DNA from: Malacoraja senta
Taxonomy: Eukaryota
Assembly: GCA_038087875.1 (NCBI GenBank)
Contig: CM075981.1
Coordinates: forward strand, 54,064,001-54,128,000
Length of the DNA: 64,000 nucleotides
Direction of reading: 5' to 3'
A model generated the notes under the pieces. The model saw nothing but the letters and a program-made list of their open reading frames with translations, was not told where the DNA came from and did no database searches. How positions within the stretch are numbered: the first letter of the stretch is position 1; every line of letters begins with the position of its first letter. Made by a program: the position numbers and the translations under genes. Of the stretch, positions 40,391 through 53,283 are shown in pieces.

Positions 40391-40558
40391 GTTTAGTTTA
40401 GTTTAGTTTAGAGATACAGTGTGGAAACAGGCCCTTCGGCCCACTGAGTCCGCACCGACCAGCGATCACCATACATTAACACAATATTATGCACGCTAGG
40501 GACAAATTTACATTTATACCAAGCCAATTAACCTACAAACCTGTGTGTCTTTGGAGTG
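40391..40558 (-). mobile_element. HE1/V-SINE-like SINE, 3' half
   Basis: (TTTAG)n plus tail in reverse. Confidence 0.75.
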
Positions 40559-40669
40559 TAGAGCCATACCTCGAAGTGTAATCATGTAGAATTCTAGAAG
40601 GATGATGTGAGGAAACACATTGAAACCAATGTTATTTGGTTGCTTCATTCAAGAAACTAGGTGTTTTGA

Positions 40670-40972
<303 letters not shown>

Positions 40973-41737
40973 TGAAACGCAATAACAACAACATTTCAAA
41001 ATAATCTGACAGTAACGTGCTTTGTGATGGTTTTTTTTTGTGCTTTGTGTGCTTTTGTATCCATTATTCTGAAACCTTCCACTGTAATGAACTTGAAAAC
41101 CATTGACTGGCAAAACGTTCTCTTCGAAGTCTTTGAACAGCTCATATATCAAACAAATAGAAACATTCTGTAGAGCAAAATGTACGCTGGTAGTTGTAGA
41201 AGACAGTGATATCATGAGAACCCATAATGATGTAAAATGTGACTTTTGAAAAAGCTGACTCCTAATGGAGATTGGACAGAAGCATATAACAAACGTTCTA
41301 TTGTCATGAAACACAAAAGATGACTTGTTCAAAGATGTACACAAACTGGATCCAAAGCTGATAGAAAAAGCTGAAAAGTGTAGTTGATGACACAGAACCA
41401 GAATCAGGGGGAGAAAATTAGTGATGATATTACCTCAATAAAGAACATATTGCAATTTTGGTGCTTCCCAGATCATGCCTTATTTGATAGCATGTGTGTG
41501 TGGAATGAAATATGAAAGAATTCCTTCAAAGATATTGTGCAGAGAAAACCTCGCGTTCAGACCTGCATCTCAAATTGCTGTGTCCACGGAAATGGCATCC
41601 AATACTGCTAGAAAAATGTGTCCACCACTAGCAAGTCAAGAGTGTTTTATTGTCATATGGCTCAGATAGAACAATGAAATTCTTACTTGCAGCAGCATAA
41701 CAGAATATGTAAACGTAGAGCATTGTAAACAATATGA

Positions 41738-41962
41738 NNNNNNNNNNNNNNNNNNNNNNNNNNNNNNNNNNNNNNNNNNNNNNNNNNNNNNNNNNNNNNN
41801 NNNNNNNNNNNNNNNNNNNNNNNNNNNNNNNNNNNNNNNNNNNNNNNNNNNNNNNNNNNNNNNNNNNNNNNNNNNNNNNNNNNNNNNNNNNNNNNNNNNN
41901 NNNNNNNNNNNNNNNNNNNNNNNNNNNNNNNNNNNNNNNNNNNNNNNNNNNNNNNNNNNNNN
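41738..41962. other. Assembly gap (225 N)
   Basis: run of N. Confidence 1.
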
Positions 41963-44900
41963 TTTACAGTCAGAGAGTTGTAGTAAATTCCAAAGCCCAG
42001 TCTGAAATGTGCTGTGAGACCAGTTCACTGAGCTGCTGCTGTTGTAATGTCCTTCGTGTACTGAGGTTTTCTTAGTTGCCAAACAACCATCATGCTTCAA
42101 TGTTCTTCAACTCTACCTCTTTGGATGCAGATGTACATCTATTTATTTACCCACTGTCTCTCAAAGTATTCATGAAGCCATTGCAGTCCTGACGTCTGTT
42201 GATTCTCTCCTGTTGCTATCCAGCAACAAAATGGATGACAATGGAAATGCACCCAACCTAAAATAGACTCGCATGTTCTTGAAGTTGGAGGCAAGTTGTA
42301 ACAATTTTCAAGTAAATGGAGCCATTTGCCGGAATAATAATGAATTGCCTCCAGGATCAATTTACGCTGTCTGAGATACATCTGGGATCATTTCAAGGGC
42401 CTCATTGAACCCACATGTGCTCTTAAATGGCTAAAGGCATCGAAAGCGGAATTTCCTACGGTACCCTGTGATTTCCCTTTGACTTGTGCCGGAAGGAACT
42501 GCAGATGTTGTTCCGAAGATAGACACTACATACTGGAGTAACTCAGCAGGTCAGGCAGAATTTCTGGCGATAAAAAAATGACATTTTTGGTCAGAATGAG
42601 AAGAGTTCTGACCCGAAACATCACCTATTATTTTTCTCCAGAGATGCTGCCTGACCTGCTGAGTTACTCCATTATTTTGTGCCTCACTTCCCTTTGACTT
42701 GTCCCACTGAAAGGTAGGGCTGACTTTTCTCACCCTCAGTCCTCCACATTCTGTGATCTTCTCCATCGCTGTCGCACCCACATACTCCTTGAGTATAGGC
42801 AGAATCTCCGAAACATGTCAAGTTCCAGGAATGGCAGTAGAAAGCTTCCCAAAACTAGGAAGAACATTTGCTTCCGAGTCAAGACACATGAAGGCCTTCA
42901 AAAAAGCAAAATGCCATGCAAGTGGTCACAGGAAAATGCTGTGCAAAATCAGTTATCATGCGATAAACTTGTCCTTTGAGAGTCAAAAATGTCTTTTGTC
43001 AATCCCAAAGAAAACCTGCCATTCATTACCAAAGTGAATACATAGAAAATGTAGTATGGAGATGGAAAGGAATGGAATGTGGGACAGGCTAATGATTTCA
43101 ACGTGGAAAAAGCACCTGAAATCTTTCTTGCTGAAACATACTTACCACTGTTACGGTTTTGAAAGTATGCTGATGCTCTTAATTCTTTAAATACTTCCAT
43201 AATAAGGACACAATACCCGGTGTCCCACTTTATGGGTTTGTCATGGACTATATTTCAAGGTTTCAAGTATATAAAGTAGCACATGGAAATCCTTCTTATC
43301 GCAGTCGATGGAAAACAGTTTCAGCCAGTCTGTTGGAAAACAGCATTTCCTTTAGCTGCCTCTGTTGCAGCTAAATTATCCGGCAGCACTATTTTGACAT
43401 TTCATGACAGAGTTTGACCCACTTTAAGTGCTGTTATAAACAGACTGAGCTTATCTATTGCATTGTGTAGCATGGAGACTCTGATGCTGCGAAGGCCATA
43501 ATTTCCTGTCGTGACAATGATGAATAGCTGTGGTCAGGCAAGTCATGTTTCGCAACTGCAACACTTTTATTAAAAGTGCACTTGATCTGCCAAAATGGCT
43601 TCTGCTTGTTTCAGTCTGTTGAAAATTAGAATCTATCTAATACTAAATGCTGCCTATCGATGTGACACAAATAGCTGTATAATCTGGCTCAGAGGAGTAA
43701 GATAAGTTTGATCACCTTGAATGTTTCAGCATTTGAAGGTTAGGGTCACATAAATGCCAGGATTGTATCCAACAGGGAGGGACAACAATCCCCATTCATT
43801 TTGATTCATCTTCTTGCCTCAAGTGGCTGTGGGAGGCTCAGCATGAATATGCTTCCATGATACAGTGATAAAGTATTTCCAGAAGAACAATATTACAACA
43901 ACAATTGAATCCATTGACATAGCATCTTTAATTTAGCAAACCAACTAAAGGCATTTTTGCGAGTGTTACCAAACAGAAACTAACTGAGCCATGAAAGGAG
44001 GTTTAAGGGTGGGGTGGGTGAAAGGCTTGGTCAAAATGGTTTTAATTAGCATCTTAAAGGAGGAGAAAGAAAGATGAGGTCACGGAGTTTAGGGAGTGAA
44101 TTGCGGATAATTTGGCGTGTTGAAGGATGATAGAGATAAAATGGAGCAAATTAAAAGACTGATGGAAAATATTCCCCGGTGTCTAAATCTCTGTTGGCTG
44201 GAATATCAATACACACTGACAAAAAATAGCCAATAAAGAAAGTGAAAGGACACGTTTGCAAGTATGTACGTTACCATACTAATGAATATTTCCCATTGCC
44301 AAGTCCTTGGTACCAAAATAATCTTTAATATAGAAAGAGCATTACCATGAATATAGATAATTTGATTGAGTAATGTGCGGATGCATGCCTTGACTGAGCT
44401 TCACAACTAAGGCACAGGGAAGGAACCATTTAGATCCTCAATGACTATACCGATGTTTTACAATGCAGTGATAACCAGGCACAGCATGGTAAAGGATCAC
44501 AGTGTGATTCATATACATCATCAAACACTGATGGCAGCTTGTAGGCAGGAAGAGCATGCAGAGGAAGAATGGTGCATTCATTTGAAGAGGAATATTATTA
44601 CCATGGAATGATAAGTGTTGGTATCCGCCTTTGATTCCAGCGGCCATTTCCTTGAAGCCAGCCTTTGTAGTATGACGGTGGTCTATCAACACGGGACAAC
44701 AGGTTACATTTCACTCTGTAACCCCAGCAGGAATAGCTTGCAAAATGAAACAACTCTGAATTCATAGAATCAATGTGCCATAAAGCTCATTGCAGCAGGA
44801 AGGCACTTGAGTCTTTTAAGATGCAATGGCGTACATGATCAGGTTACAATGTTTAATTAAATTGGATATCTCATGGGCCCTTTGGCAGGGCTAACATGGG

Positions 44901-45113
44901 AAGCCAGATTCTTGAGAGCTGCTTCCATGGGACATGGGAAGTATTCAATGCTTTACATGTAAGTGCTTAACCGTAAACAGAAACTCTTTGATTTCTAGGG
45001 TCCCTTTGTTTTTAATACAAGAAACTGTTCAGAATATAAAAGGCTTCTGCTTTGACACACTGGTATAAAGTCAATATAATTCCAGTCACCATGGATTTTT
45101 GTGTTTCTTATAG

Positions 45114-45274
45114 TTTCAGAGGCCTAATGACCATTCACCACCATTTCGATTTGGGACAGTTCCGAATGGAAGCACAGAAAGAAACATCAGAAACAACTAT
45201 CCAGATATGCATGCTTATATGTCTAAATTCAACCAGAAAGGAGTGCTCGATGCCCTGGTTAGCCTGAAAACTGG
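45114..45274 (+). CDS. GRIN2A: GRIN2A coding exon (S2 start): [54 protein letters not shown]
   Basis: cttatag| acceptor, GG|gtaagt donor; 161 bp; translated by hand because the ORF track shows another frame; [13 protein letters not shown] motif. Confidence 0.95.
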
Positions 45275-45514
45275 GTAAGTATTAGATGACACTTACTAAT
45301 TTATCACGTAACAGGTTTTTGGTCATTTTTTAAAAGGAGCAATGGCTTTTAAAGTTTCATTTATACCTGTAATGTGCTAGGAAATGATGTAAAACCTTTA
45401 CAAATCACTGGCTTGGCCTCAGATAGAGTATACTTTTAGGTTTCACACCTTGGGAAAAATGTCAAGGTGGCATTGCAGATTTTCAAGAATGTTAAAAAAG
45501 GATAGGTTACACAT

Positions 45515-45970
45515 TCATTTATATGACCTTTCAGGATATATCAGAGATCGTTACAGCCAATTAAGTACTTTCTGAAGTGTAACATAGGAATTGTGTCTGA
45601 CAATTTGCATGCAGTAAGTTCCATCAAATATCAATGTGGCAATCACTGACATTTACAGAACAAAAGGAGGTCATTTTTCAGATTTGTCCATGTTGGCCAA
45701 ATGCAGTCTTTGGTTTAATCTTACTTCTCAGCATTTGGTTCAAGGTCTTGCAGGTTATGGCACTTTAAACATTGACCAGATCCTCTGGATTTAGTGACGT
45801 CCATTGAGAATAAGCATTGACTAGGAAACCTGGGTGAACCGCCCTGCCCTCCTTCCAAATAATGCCACGGGATGTGTCATGCCCACTTCAAGGCTCAGTT
45901 GAACATCGCATACATAAAAATACCTCTTCTAACAGCCTGACAGAGTCTTTCGAGTGGGGCTTGAAACCAC
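45515..45970 (-). mobile_element. Ancient Deu-SINE-like remnant, interrupted
   Basis: acagccaattaagtactttctgaagtgta...aatttgcatgcagtaagttcc matches the same domain in reverse. Confidence 0.5.
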
Positions 45971-47092
45971 ACTCATTGCCAATGTGGTGAGAATTCAATT
46001 GCATAGAGACTATAACAGCAGGAATGTTCACCTTGGAATGAAAGGGATAAAGCTGCATTATTTACCTATTGTCTTCAAAAAGCTGGTAAGGGGTTTGATT
46101 GAGGAATTTGACAAACTGCTTCCATTAGCATGGTAATCATGGAGAAGGGCCACCTGTTCATTTTCTCCAGAGATGCTGCTGCCTGACCCGCTGAGTTACT
46201 CCAGCTTTTTGTGTCTATCTTCTATATATTTATCCAATCAGGATCTGTATTTGTGACAATTTGCAAAATACCAATCAGTTGAAATGTTTTACACCGTAAG
46301 TTGTCTGCATTAAACAAGATGAAATAGAAGGTGAATCTCTCGTTAATGCTGAGTATCACTGCAATTTTATTTATTGTACAGTAGGAATCCAACTGAGTTT
46401 CAGCAGAGATAAAGGTTTACCTTCGAAGGTTCTTTATGTTGGCCCAGATTTGCTGCGAGCTGGAAGCCAACTGTGGTTGCCAATTTCTTACTGTTGGTCC
46501 ATTGTAACCGAGAGTGGGTTCTACATCCAGCCCCTGCAGACAGCTACATAGCAAATGGCCTGGCCCTGTGGTACAAGGGCCAGGCCATGTGGTACTAATG
46601 ATGAGTCCTGCCCATAGAAATGCTTTGATGGCCACATAAGCCATATCCCCAATTGACCCAAAACGGTCTACAAATTCCTCTATTATCTTAAAAAAATGAA
46701 CAGCATTCTTCTGTTAATTGATTGAAGAGAAAATATAGATTACTTGAAATTTGACACTCTCATTTGAAGGAACATCATATCATATTCCACTTCGCTAGCA
46801 TATCCCAAAGGTATGAACACTGAATCCTCCAGTTTTAAGTAATATCACCAGTTGTACCCACCTGTCAATTCCCTGGCTTTGTCCTGCCACCCGCCTCTCT
46901 TTTCTAGCTTTCTCCCCCCCCCTACAATCAGTCTGAAGAAAGTTCCGACCCAAAACGTTGTCTGTCCATTCCTTTCACAGATGCTGCCTGACCCGTTGAG
47001 TTATTCCAGCATCTACAGTCCCTTGTAGCTCCCTCTCTCTTTTGTAGCTATTCTTTTGCCTTAATGAATGAGGTGGTTGACCTGAACCAGGT

Positions 47093-47136
47093 GAATGAAT
47101 GAATGAATGAATGAATGAATGAATGAATGAATGAAT
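47093..47136. repeat. (GAAT)11 microsatellite
   Basis: perfect tetranucleotide run. Confidence 0.95.
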
Positions 47137-47289
47137 GATACTTTAATAACCCTTGGCTGAGGTGCAGCGGGTGGATCATTCAGAGCAGTTACTGGGAAAT
47201 GTCATGATGTTGGTTTTCTGGCACGTGGGGAAATTGCTGCCAATCGTCAAAGAGGAAATTTGCAACTTTCCATTGAGTTACTCTTCTGC

Positions 47290-47675
47290 ATGAAGCCCAA
47301 CCAGTTACACCGGGAAATGCTGGTGTTTCACAGGAAAATTCCCAGCCATTATTCCCAATTAGCAGTTACTTGATTTTGGGCGTGCGTGTGAAAGGAGTCA
47401 AATTGGGATGATGGTTCAAGTGTGGAACTTGAATTGGAATTGGAGTGGAATTCTCTGCCACAGAAGGCAGTGGAGGCCAATTCATTCGATGTTTTCAAGA
47501 GTGAGTTAGATATAGCTCTTAGGGCGATATCGGAATCAAGGGATATGGGGAAAAAGCAGGAACTGGGTACTCATTTTGGCTGATCAGCCTTGATCATATT
47601 GAATGGCGGAGCTGGCTCGAAGGGCCGAATGGCTACTCCTGCACCTATTTTCTATGTTTCTATGTTTTTATGAAT
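47290..47675 (+). repeat. Second copy of segment 1700-2626, without the MITE
   Basis: 1 mismatch in the first 79 bp; identity continues through a CR1 tail. Confidence 0.9.
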
Positions 47676-48941
47676 TTCACAGCTCACTAAGCCTCTGTGT
47701 AGCCTGTCAGGTGGTTGCATCAGCAATAAGACTGAATCACAGAAAAAAACCCATATTTTTTATCTGTTCCCAGGAGGTGGAGCTATATATTGTACTGCCT
47801 TTGGGCTATTTACACAGGCCAGTTAATATATCAGCATGTCTCTGGGATGTGTCCAGAAATGCATAAGGTCACAGGTTGAACATGCAAACACCACATAGGC
47901 AGCACCTCGGTCAGGATCGAACCCAGTTACTGTAGTTGCACCACCCAACTATCACAGAATAGACTAGATAAATATTTTGATCCTCAGTCCAAGATATCTT
48001 CTACCCATTTGTTCCTCTCCCCCGCCCGATCAAAACAATGATGAAGAGAAACTCAACCTCAGCACTGTGATGCCCTATATCCCTTCCATATGCTTCAGAT
48101 AAAAGGATGCATCATACTGACTTCCAGAAAGCAATCGATAAAATTCTTCAGCTAAAGTTATTGTGGAAAATTACAGCTTACAACGTAGGAGGTAACATTT
48201 TGGTGAGGGTAGAAGATTGACAGGCTAACCGAATAGAGAGAGTAGGCATAAATATGCCCTTTTCTGGTTGGCAAAATGTAATGAGTGGTGTGCCACATGG
48301 ATGAGTGGTGGGAATTTACTGTACGTAAGTCACTTGGGTGAAGGCACCAACGATATGGTTGTTAAATCTTTTGATGATACAAAAGATGCATAAAATAGTA
48401 AGTCATGAATGAGACATGAAGAGAGATAGAGATGTAAATCGTCTGAAGAATGGTCTCGACCTGAAACATCACCCACTCCTTCTCTCCAGAGACGTTACCT
48501 GTCCCGCTCAGTTACTCGAGCATTTTGTTTCTATCTTTGGTGTAAACCAGCATCTGCAGTTCCTTCATACAGAGACATAGCGCAGGCAAAGATTTGGCAA
48601 ACGGAGTATTATGTAGGTAAACTGACAAGCGTCTATGCATTTGAACATGTGACATACAGAAAAAAAATCAAATGGGTCTTTAAATCTGCAGCATATTGCA
48701 ACCGACAGAGTACTGTGACTGAACACTTCCTCCTTTTCACTTTCCCACCTCACCACCGCCACCCACCCCTCCCTCCACCCCATCTCCTTTCACCCCCTCT
48801 CTTTCCACATCACCAATCACAGCCATGCAATAAATAAGTGTAAAATGCGCTGATAAATACTGTCTCATTTCCCTCACTCTCTTGGAAGCCGCAGCATGCA
48901 GGCAGTGAAGGCATTCACAAGTATTAAAGAAGGAACTGCAG

Positions 48942-50831
48942 ATGCTGGAAAATCGAAGGTACACAAAAATGCTGGAGAAACTCAGCGGGTGCAGCAGCAT
49001 CGACTCACTCCGCAACAACCTAGATTGGGTTATCAAACCCGCCGACAAGGGAGGTGCCGTGGTAGTCTGGCGCGTCGACCTCTACAAAGCTGAGGCCACG
49101 CGCCAACTCTCGGACACCTCTTCCTACTTACCGCTGGACCATGACCCCACTGACGAGCACCAGGCCACCATCTCCAGCACCATCACCAACTTCATCCACT
49201 CCCACGCCCTGCCCGAACGAGCCTCCAACCTCATCGTTCCCCAGCCCCGCACAGCCCGCTTTTACCTTCTCCCCAAAATCCACAAACCTGACTGTCCCGG
49301 TAGACCCATTGTCTCTGCCTGTTCTTGCCCCACCGAACTCATTTCCACCTACCTTGACTCCATACTATCCCCCTTGGTTAAATCCCTCCCCACCTATGTT
49401 CAAGACACCTCAGACACTCTCCGTCATCTCCGCGCATTCCACTCTCTAGGCCCTCACCCCCTCATCTTCACCATGGACGTCCAGTCACTGTACACCTCCA
49501 TCCCCCACCAGGATGGTCTCAAAGCCCTCCGTTTTTTCCTCGACCGGAGAAGCAATCTATACCCGGCCACTGACACCCTCCTCCGCCTAGCGGAGCTGGT
49601 ACTTACACTTAATAACTTTTCATTCGACTCCTCCCATTTCCTCCAAATACAAGGCGTAGCTATGGGCACACGCATGGGCCCCAGCTACGCCTGCCTCTTT
49701 GTCGGGTACGTAGAACAATCCCTGTTCAATGCGTACCAGGGCCCCATCCCCGACCTCTACCTCCGCTACATCGATGATTGTTTTGGTGCCACATCCTGCA
49801 CCCACACACAACTGACTGACTTCATCCGCTTCACCACCAACTTCCATCCGGCACTTAAATACACCTGGACCATTTCCGACACTTCCCTACCATTCCTTGA
49901 CCTCACTATCTCCATCGCAGGTGATAGACTCCTTACCGACATCCACTACAAACCTACCGACTCCCATGGCTATCTGGACTACACTTCTTCCCACCCTGCT
50001 TCCTGTAAGGACTCCATCCCCCACTCCCAATTCCTCCGTCTACGCCGCATCTGCTCCCAGGATGAGGCGTTCCACACCAGGGCATCTGAAATGTCCTCAT
50101 TCTTCAGGGAACGGGGGTTCCCCTCCTCCACCATAGATGAGGCTCGCACCAGGGTCTCTGCCATACCCCGCAACACTGCTCTCTCTCCCCATCCCCCCAC
50201 TCACAACAAAGGCAGAGTCCCCCTAGTCCTCACCTTTCACCCCACCAGCCGTCACATACAACAAGTGATCCTCCGTCAGTTTCGCCACCTCCAACGTGAC
50301 CCCACCACTCGCCACATCTTCCCATCTCCCCCTATGTCTGCCTTCCGCAAAGACCGCTCCCTCCGTAACTCCCTTGTCAATTCTTCCCTTCCCTCCCATA
50401 CCACCCCCTCCCCTGGTACTTTCCCTTGCAACCGCAAGAGATGCAACACTTGTCCCTTCACCTCCCCCCTCCACTCCATTCCAGGACCCAAGCAGTCGTT
50501 CCAGGTGCGACAGAGGTTCACCTGCATCTCCTCCAACCTCATCTATTGCATTCGCTGCTCTAGATGCCAGCTGATCTACATCGGTGAGACCAAGCGGAGG
50601 CTTGGCGATCGTTTCGCCGAACACCTCCGGTCGGTCCGCAATAACCAACCTGAACTCCCGGTGGCTCAGCACTTCAACTCCCCCTCCCATTCCGTATCTG
50701 ACCTCTCTGTCCTGGGTCTCCTCCATGGCCACAGCGAGCAACACCGTAAATTGGAGGAAATGCACCTCATATTCCGCTTGGGCAGTCTACACCCTGGTGG
50801 CCTGAACGTTGAATTCTCCCAATTCTGCTAG
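48942..50831 (+). CDS. Penelope-like RT + GIY-YIG endonuclease ORF, 629 aa; the first ~20 aa come from the inverted pLTR
   Basis: KPADKG, FYLLPKIHK, GRPIVS, DVQSLYTSIP, QGVAMG and RYIDD RT motifs; CNRKRCNTC linker; LIYCIRCSRC..YIGETKRRLGDRFAEH endonuclease; no stops. Confidence 0.9.
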   Translation: MLENRRYTKMLEKLSGCSSIDSLRNNLDWVIKPADKGGAVVVWRVDLYKAEATRQLSDTSSYLPLDHDPTDEHQATISSTITNFIHSHALPERASNLIVPQPRTARFYLLPKIHKPDCPGRPIVSACSCPTELISTYLDSILSPLVKSLPTYVQDTSDTLRHLRAFHSLGPHPLIFTMDVQSLYTSIPHQDGLKALRFFLDRRSNLYPATDTLLRLAELVLTLNNFSFDSSHFLQIQGVAMGTRMGPSYACLFVGYVEQSLFNAYQGPIPDLYLRYIDDCFGATSCTHTQLTDFIRFTTNFHPALKYTWTISDTSLPFLDLTISIAGDRLLTDIHYKPTDSHGYLDYTSSHPASCKDSIPHSQFLRLRRICSQDEAFHTRASEMSSFFRERGFPSSTIDEARTRVSAIPRNTALSPHPPTHNKGRVPLVLTFHPTSRHIQQVILRQFRHLQRDPTTRHIFPSPPMSAFRKDRSLRNSLVNSSLPSHTTPSPGTFPCNRKRCNTCPFTSPLHSIPGPKQSFQVRQRFTCISSNLIYCIRCSRCQLIYIGETKRRLGDRFAEHLRSVRNNQPELPVAQHFNSPSHSVSDLSVLGLLHGHSEQHRKLEEMHLIFRLGSLHPGGLNVEFSQFC

Positions 50832-50944
50832 CCCTGGCTGTCCCCTCCCCTTCATCAGCCATCTGGTTGTCTCCTCCCCTCCCCCCACCCTCGGGCTCCT
50901 CCTCCTCCTTTTCCTTTTTTCCTTTCTTCTCCCCACCCCCTATC

Positions 50945-50980
50945 AGTCTGAAGAAGGGTTTCGGCCCGAAACGTTACCTA
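50945..50980 (+). ncRNA. Minimal type I hammerhead ribozyme motif in the PLE pLTR
   Basis: CTGAAGA-A-GGGT(TTCG)GCCC-GAAA-CG-TT: CUGANGA and GAAA cores, tetraloop stem II, palindromic ACGT stem III; activity not demonstrated. Confidence 0.7.
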
Positions 50981-52049
50981 TTTCCTTCGCTCCATAGATG
51001 CTGCTGCACCCGCTGAGTTTCTCCAGCATTTTTGTGTACATTCACAAGTATTGTTGTGCTAGCCCTTTTTCCCTTTTTCGACGTTTTTTTCCACACCCAA
51101 GGACAAGGTTAACATTCCCCATCTCTTGCAGGATGAATTTATCCCAGATGCCAAGAGAAGAAGGGTCATTGCATATTGCGTAGGAAGGAACTGCAGATGC
51201 TGATTTACACTGGAGATAGACACAAAATGCTGGAATAACTCAGCGGGACAGGCAGCATCTCTGGATTCCATTCCTTCTCTCTTGAGATGCTGCCTGTCCC
51301 GCTGAGTAACTCCAGCATTTGTGTCTATCTCAATGCTTATTAGCCGCTATGCATAGCAACAGCTTAACCCCATTCCATTTAATCTTCTCTTTCATATAAT
51401 TTATGTTTACGTTTTGGACAAGATGTCCCGCAGATCTATTTTGCACAATATAATGGTGGCTGTGCCTATGGTAGTGGCCAGTGGAGGCCGTCCATTGTCC
51501 AACACTTTGCTAGCGTTTGACCATGTGCAAACATGGTCTGGGAGCAGATGCTGTTACTCTTGAGATGTTTTGCAGCCCCGCCCCATGCTTCAGGCTGCAT
51601 TGCAGCCCCAGAATGCAGCAACTGCATTCGCCACTCATCATCAGTCCTGCATTGGGATTTATTAATGTCCAAGTGACCCGGGTGATGATATGCAACACCC
51701 ACTATTATGTTCACATCCTTCCATTAGCCACACTGAATACTTGAGAGCTGAACTTATTCAATGTCCACCATGGATTCCAATGTGAAAAAGTCTGTTGGCC
51801 AAAGAGAAACATCCTGTGATTGTGTATTTGCTCGTCGCAGAATAAAACGATAGTGTCATCTTCATGGCCAGTATTCAAGCGCAGTACATGATAAATTGTT
51901 AGTTAAGTGGAGAAGACGGAAATCATTAATAAATCCCAGGCTATGGGGATCTTTCAGAGCGCTGTAGGGAACAATCATCCCAACCTGTTCTATAGAGAGC
52001 TCCTAAGCTTTAATATCACTGCATTATATTGTTCTAGTTACATGGTTAC

Positions 52050-52735
52050 TTGTAGAGTCATAGAGCTATACAGCAGAGAAACAGGCCCTTTGGCCTACGA
52101 TGTCCCAACTATGCTGGTCTCACCTGCCCACGTTTACCCCATATCCCGCTAAATCTTTCCTATCGCGAACCTGTCCAAATGTTTTTTAAATGTCTTATAG
52201 TACTTACCTCATCTGCCTCCTCTGGTAGCTTATTCCATATATCCACCGCCCTTTGCTTGAAAAAGTTGCCTCTCAGGATACTATTAAATGTTTCACCTTA
52301 ACCCTTGTGTCTGGTGTTAACAGTAATATCTAATGACGATTTGCATATCTCAGCTAAGGCTCCTGCAATTTATTTTCTAAATTCCCACAGGGTCTATTGA
52401 TATATCTGATCAGGTCTAGGAGATTTATTTACCTTCGTAGGCCTTAGGATGTCCAGCACCTCCTCGACTGTAATAAGGACTGTCCTCGAGACATCTCCTT
52501 TAACTGTCCCGAGTTCTCCAATCTTCATGTCTTCCTCCATTGTAAATACAGAGGGGAAATACTCATTGAGGACCTTGGCCATCTCATGCGGCTCCACACA
52601 GAGATGACCAACCACTTTGGTTTCTGAGTCTGTTTGGCCCTGTTCTCGCTCCAGTTGCATTCTTTCCCCTTATGTTCATATAAAATCTCTTAGGAATTTC
52701 CTTAATATTACCTGCCAGCTATCTCCTGTCCCCTA
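52050..52735 (-). mobile_element. CR1-like LINE fragments
   Basis: MAKVLNEYFPSVFT...KVNKSPRPDQIY and 3'UTR remnants. Confidence 0.75.
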
Positions 52736-53050
52736 GTATCTGATCTGTGAAAGATTTTAAACAGACCCTGGAGTATATATGTAGAAACAGAACTGCAACA
52801 TATATTGTCTCTCTAAAACGGAATAGCTATGAAACTTCAGCTGTCAAATCAGTTTAATAAAAATCAATATAACTTGTGAACAGAATATTAATTGTAACCC
52901 TTTCAAATAAAATAGTCAGTCAGCATGTTGGAAAGATCACCGTTCTTTATTCATCCAAGATAGCTCTGATCTTAAACCTTCAGTTATTGTTGCTGCTTGC
53001 GGCAGGCTGAGTGTGGATGTCAGACAGCATTGGTCTTGATTGCAATATCC

Positions 53051-53283
53051 TCTTGAAGGTTAGACATTCAACATCTTAGTCATGTGGTTACTTAAGTAAG
53101 AAAAGCACAAAAAACTGGAGTAACTCAGCAGGACAGGCAGCATCTCTGGAGAAAAGGAATGGGTGACGTTTCGGGTCGAGACCCTTCTTCAGACTGGTTA
53201 CTTAAGTACGATTTTTCTAACCTTAGACACATCTTACTTAAGTAACCACATGACCCTAGATGTTGACCATCTGACCTTCAAGA
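53051..53283. repeat. ~50-bp inverted repeat with a pLTR inserted at the arm/loop junction
   Basis: 53051-53101 is approximately the reverse complement of 53232-53283. Confidence 0.8.
53161..53196 (-). ncRNA. Minimal hammerhead ribozyme motif in a solo pLTR (best consensus copy)
   Basis: minus strand CAGT-CTGAAGA-A-GGGT(CTCG)ACCC-GAAA-CG-TC-ACCC. Confidence 0.7.

Larger units (their letters stand above)
48926..51038 (+). mobile_element. Penelope-like retroelement (probably Neptune group), 5'-truncated, with an inverted pLTR copy at the 5' end
   Basis: TSD cattcacaagtatt at 48912-48925 and 51039-51052; 48926-49001 is an inverted pLTR segment, part of which is the exact reverse complement of the element's own 3' end; RT plus GIY-YIG ORF. 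Confidence 0.92.
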
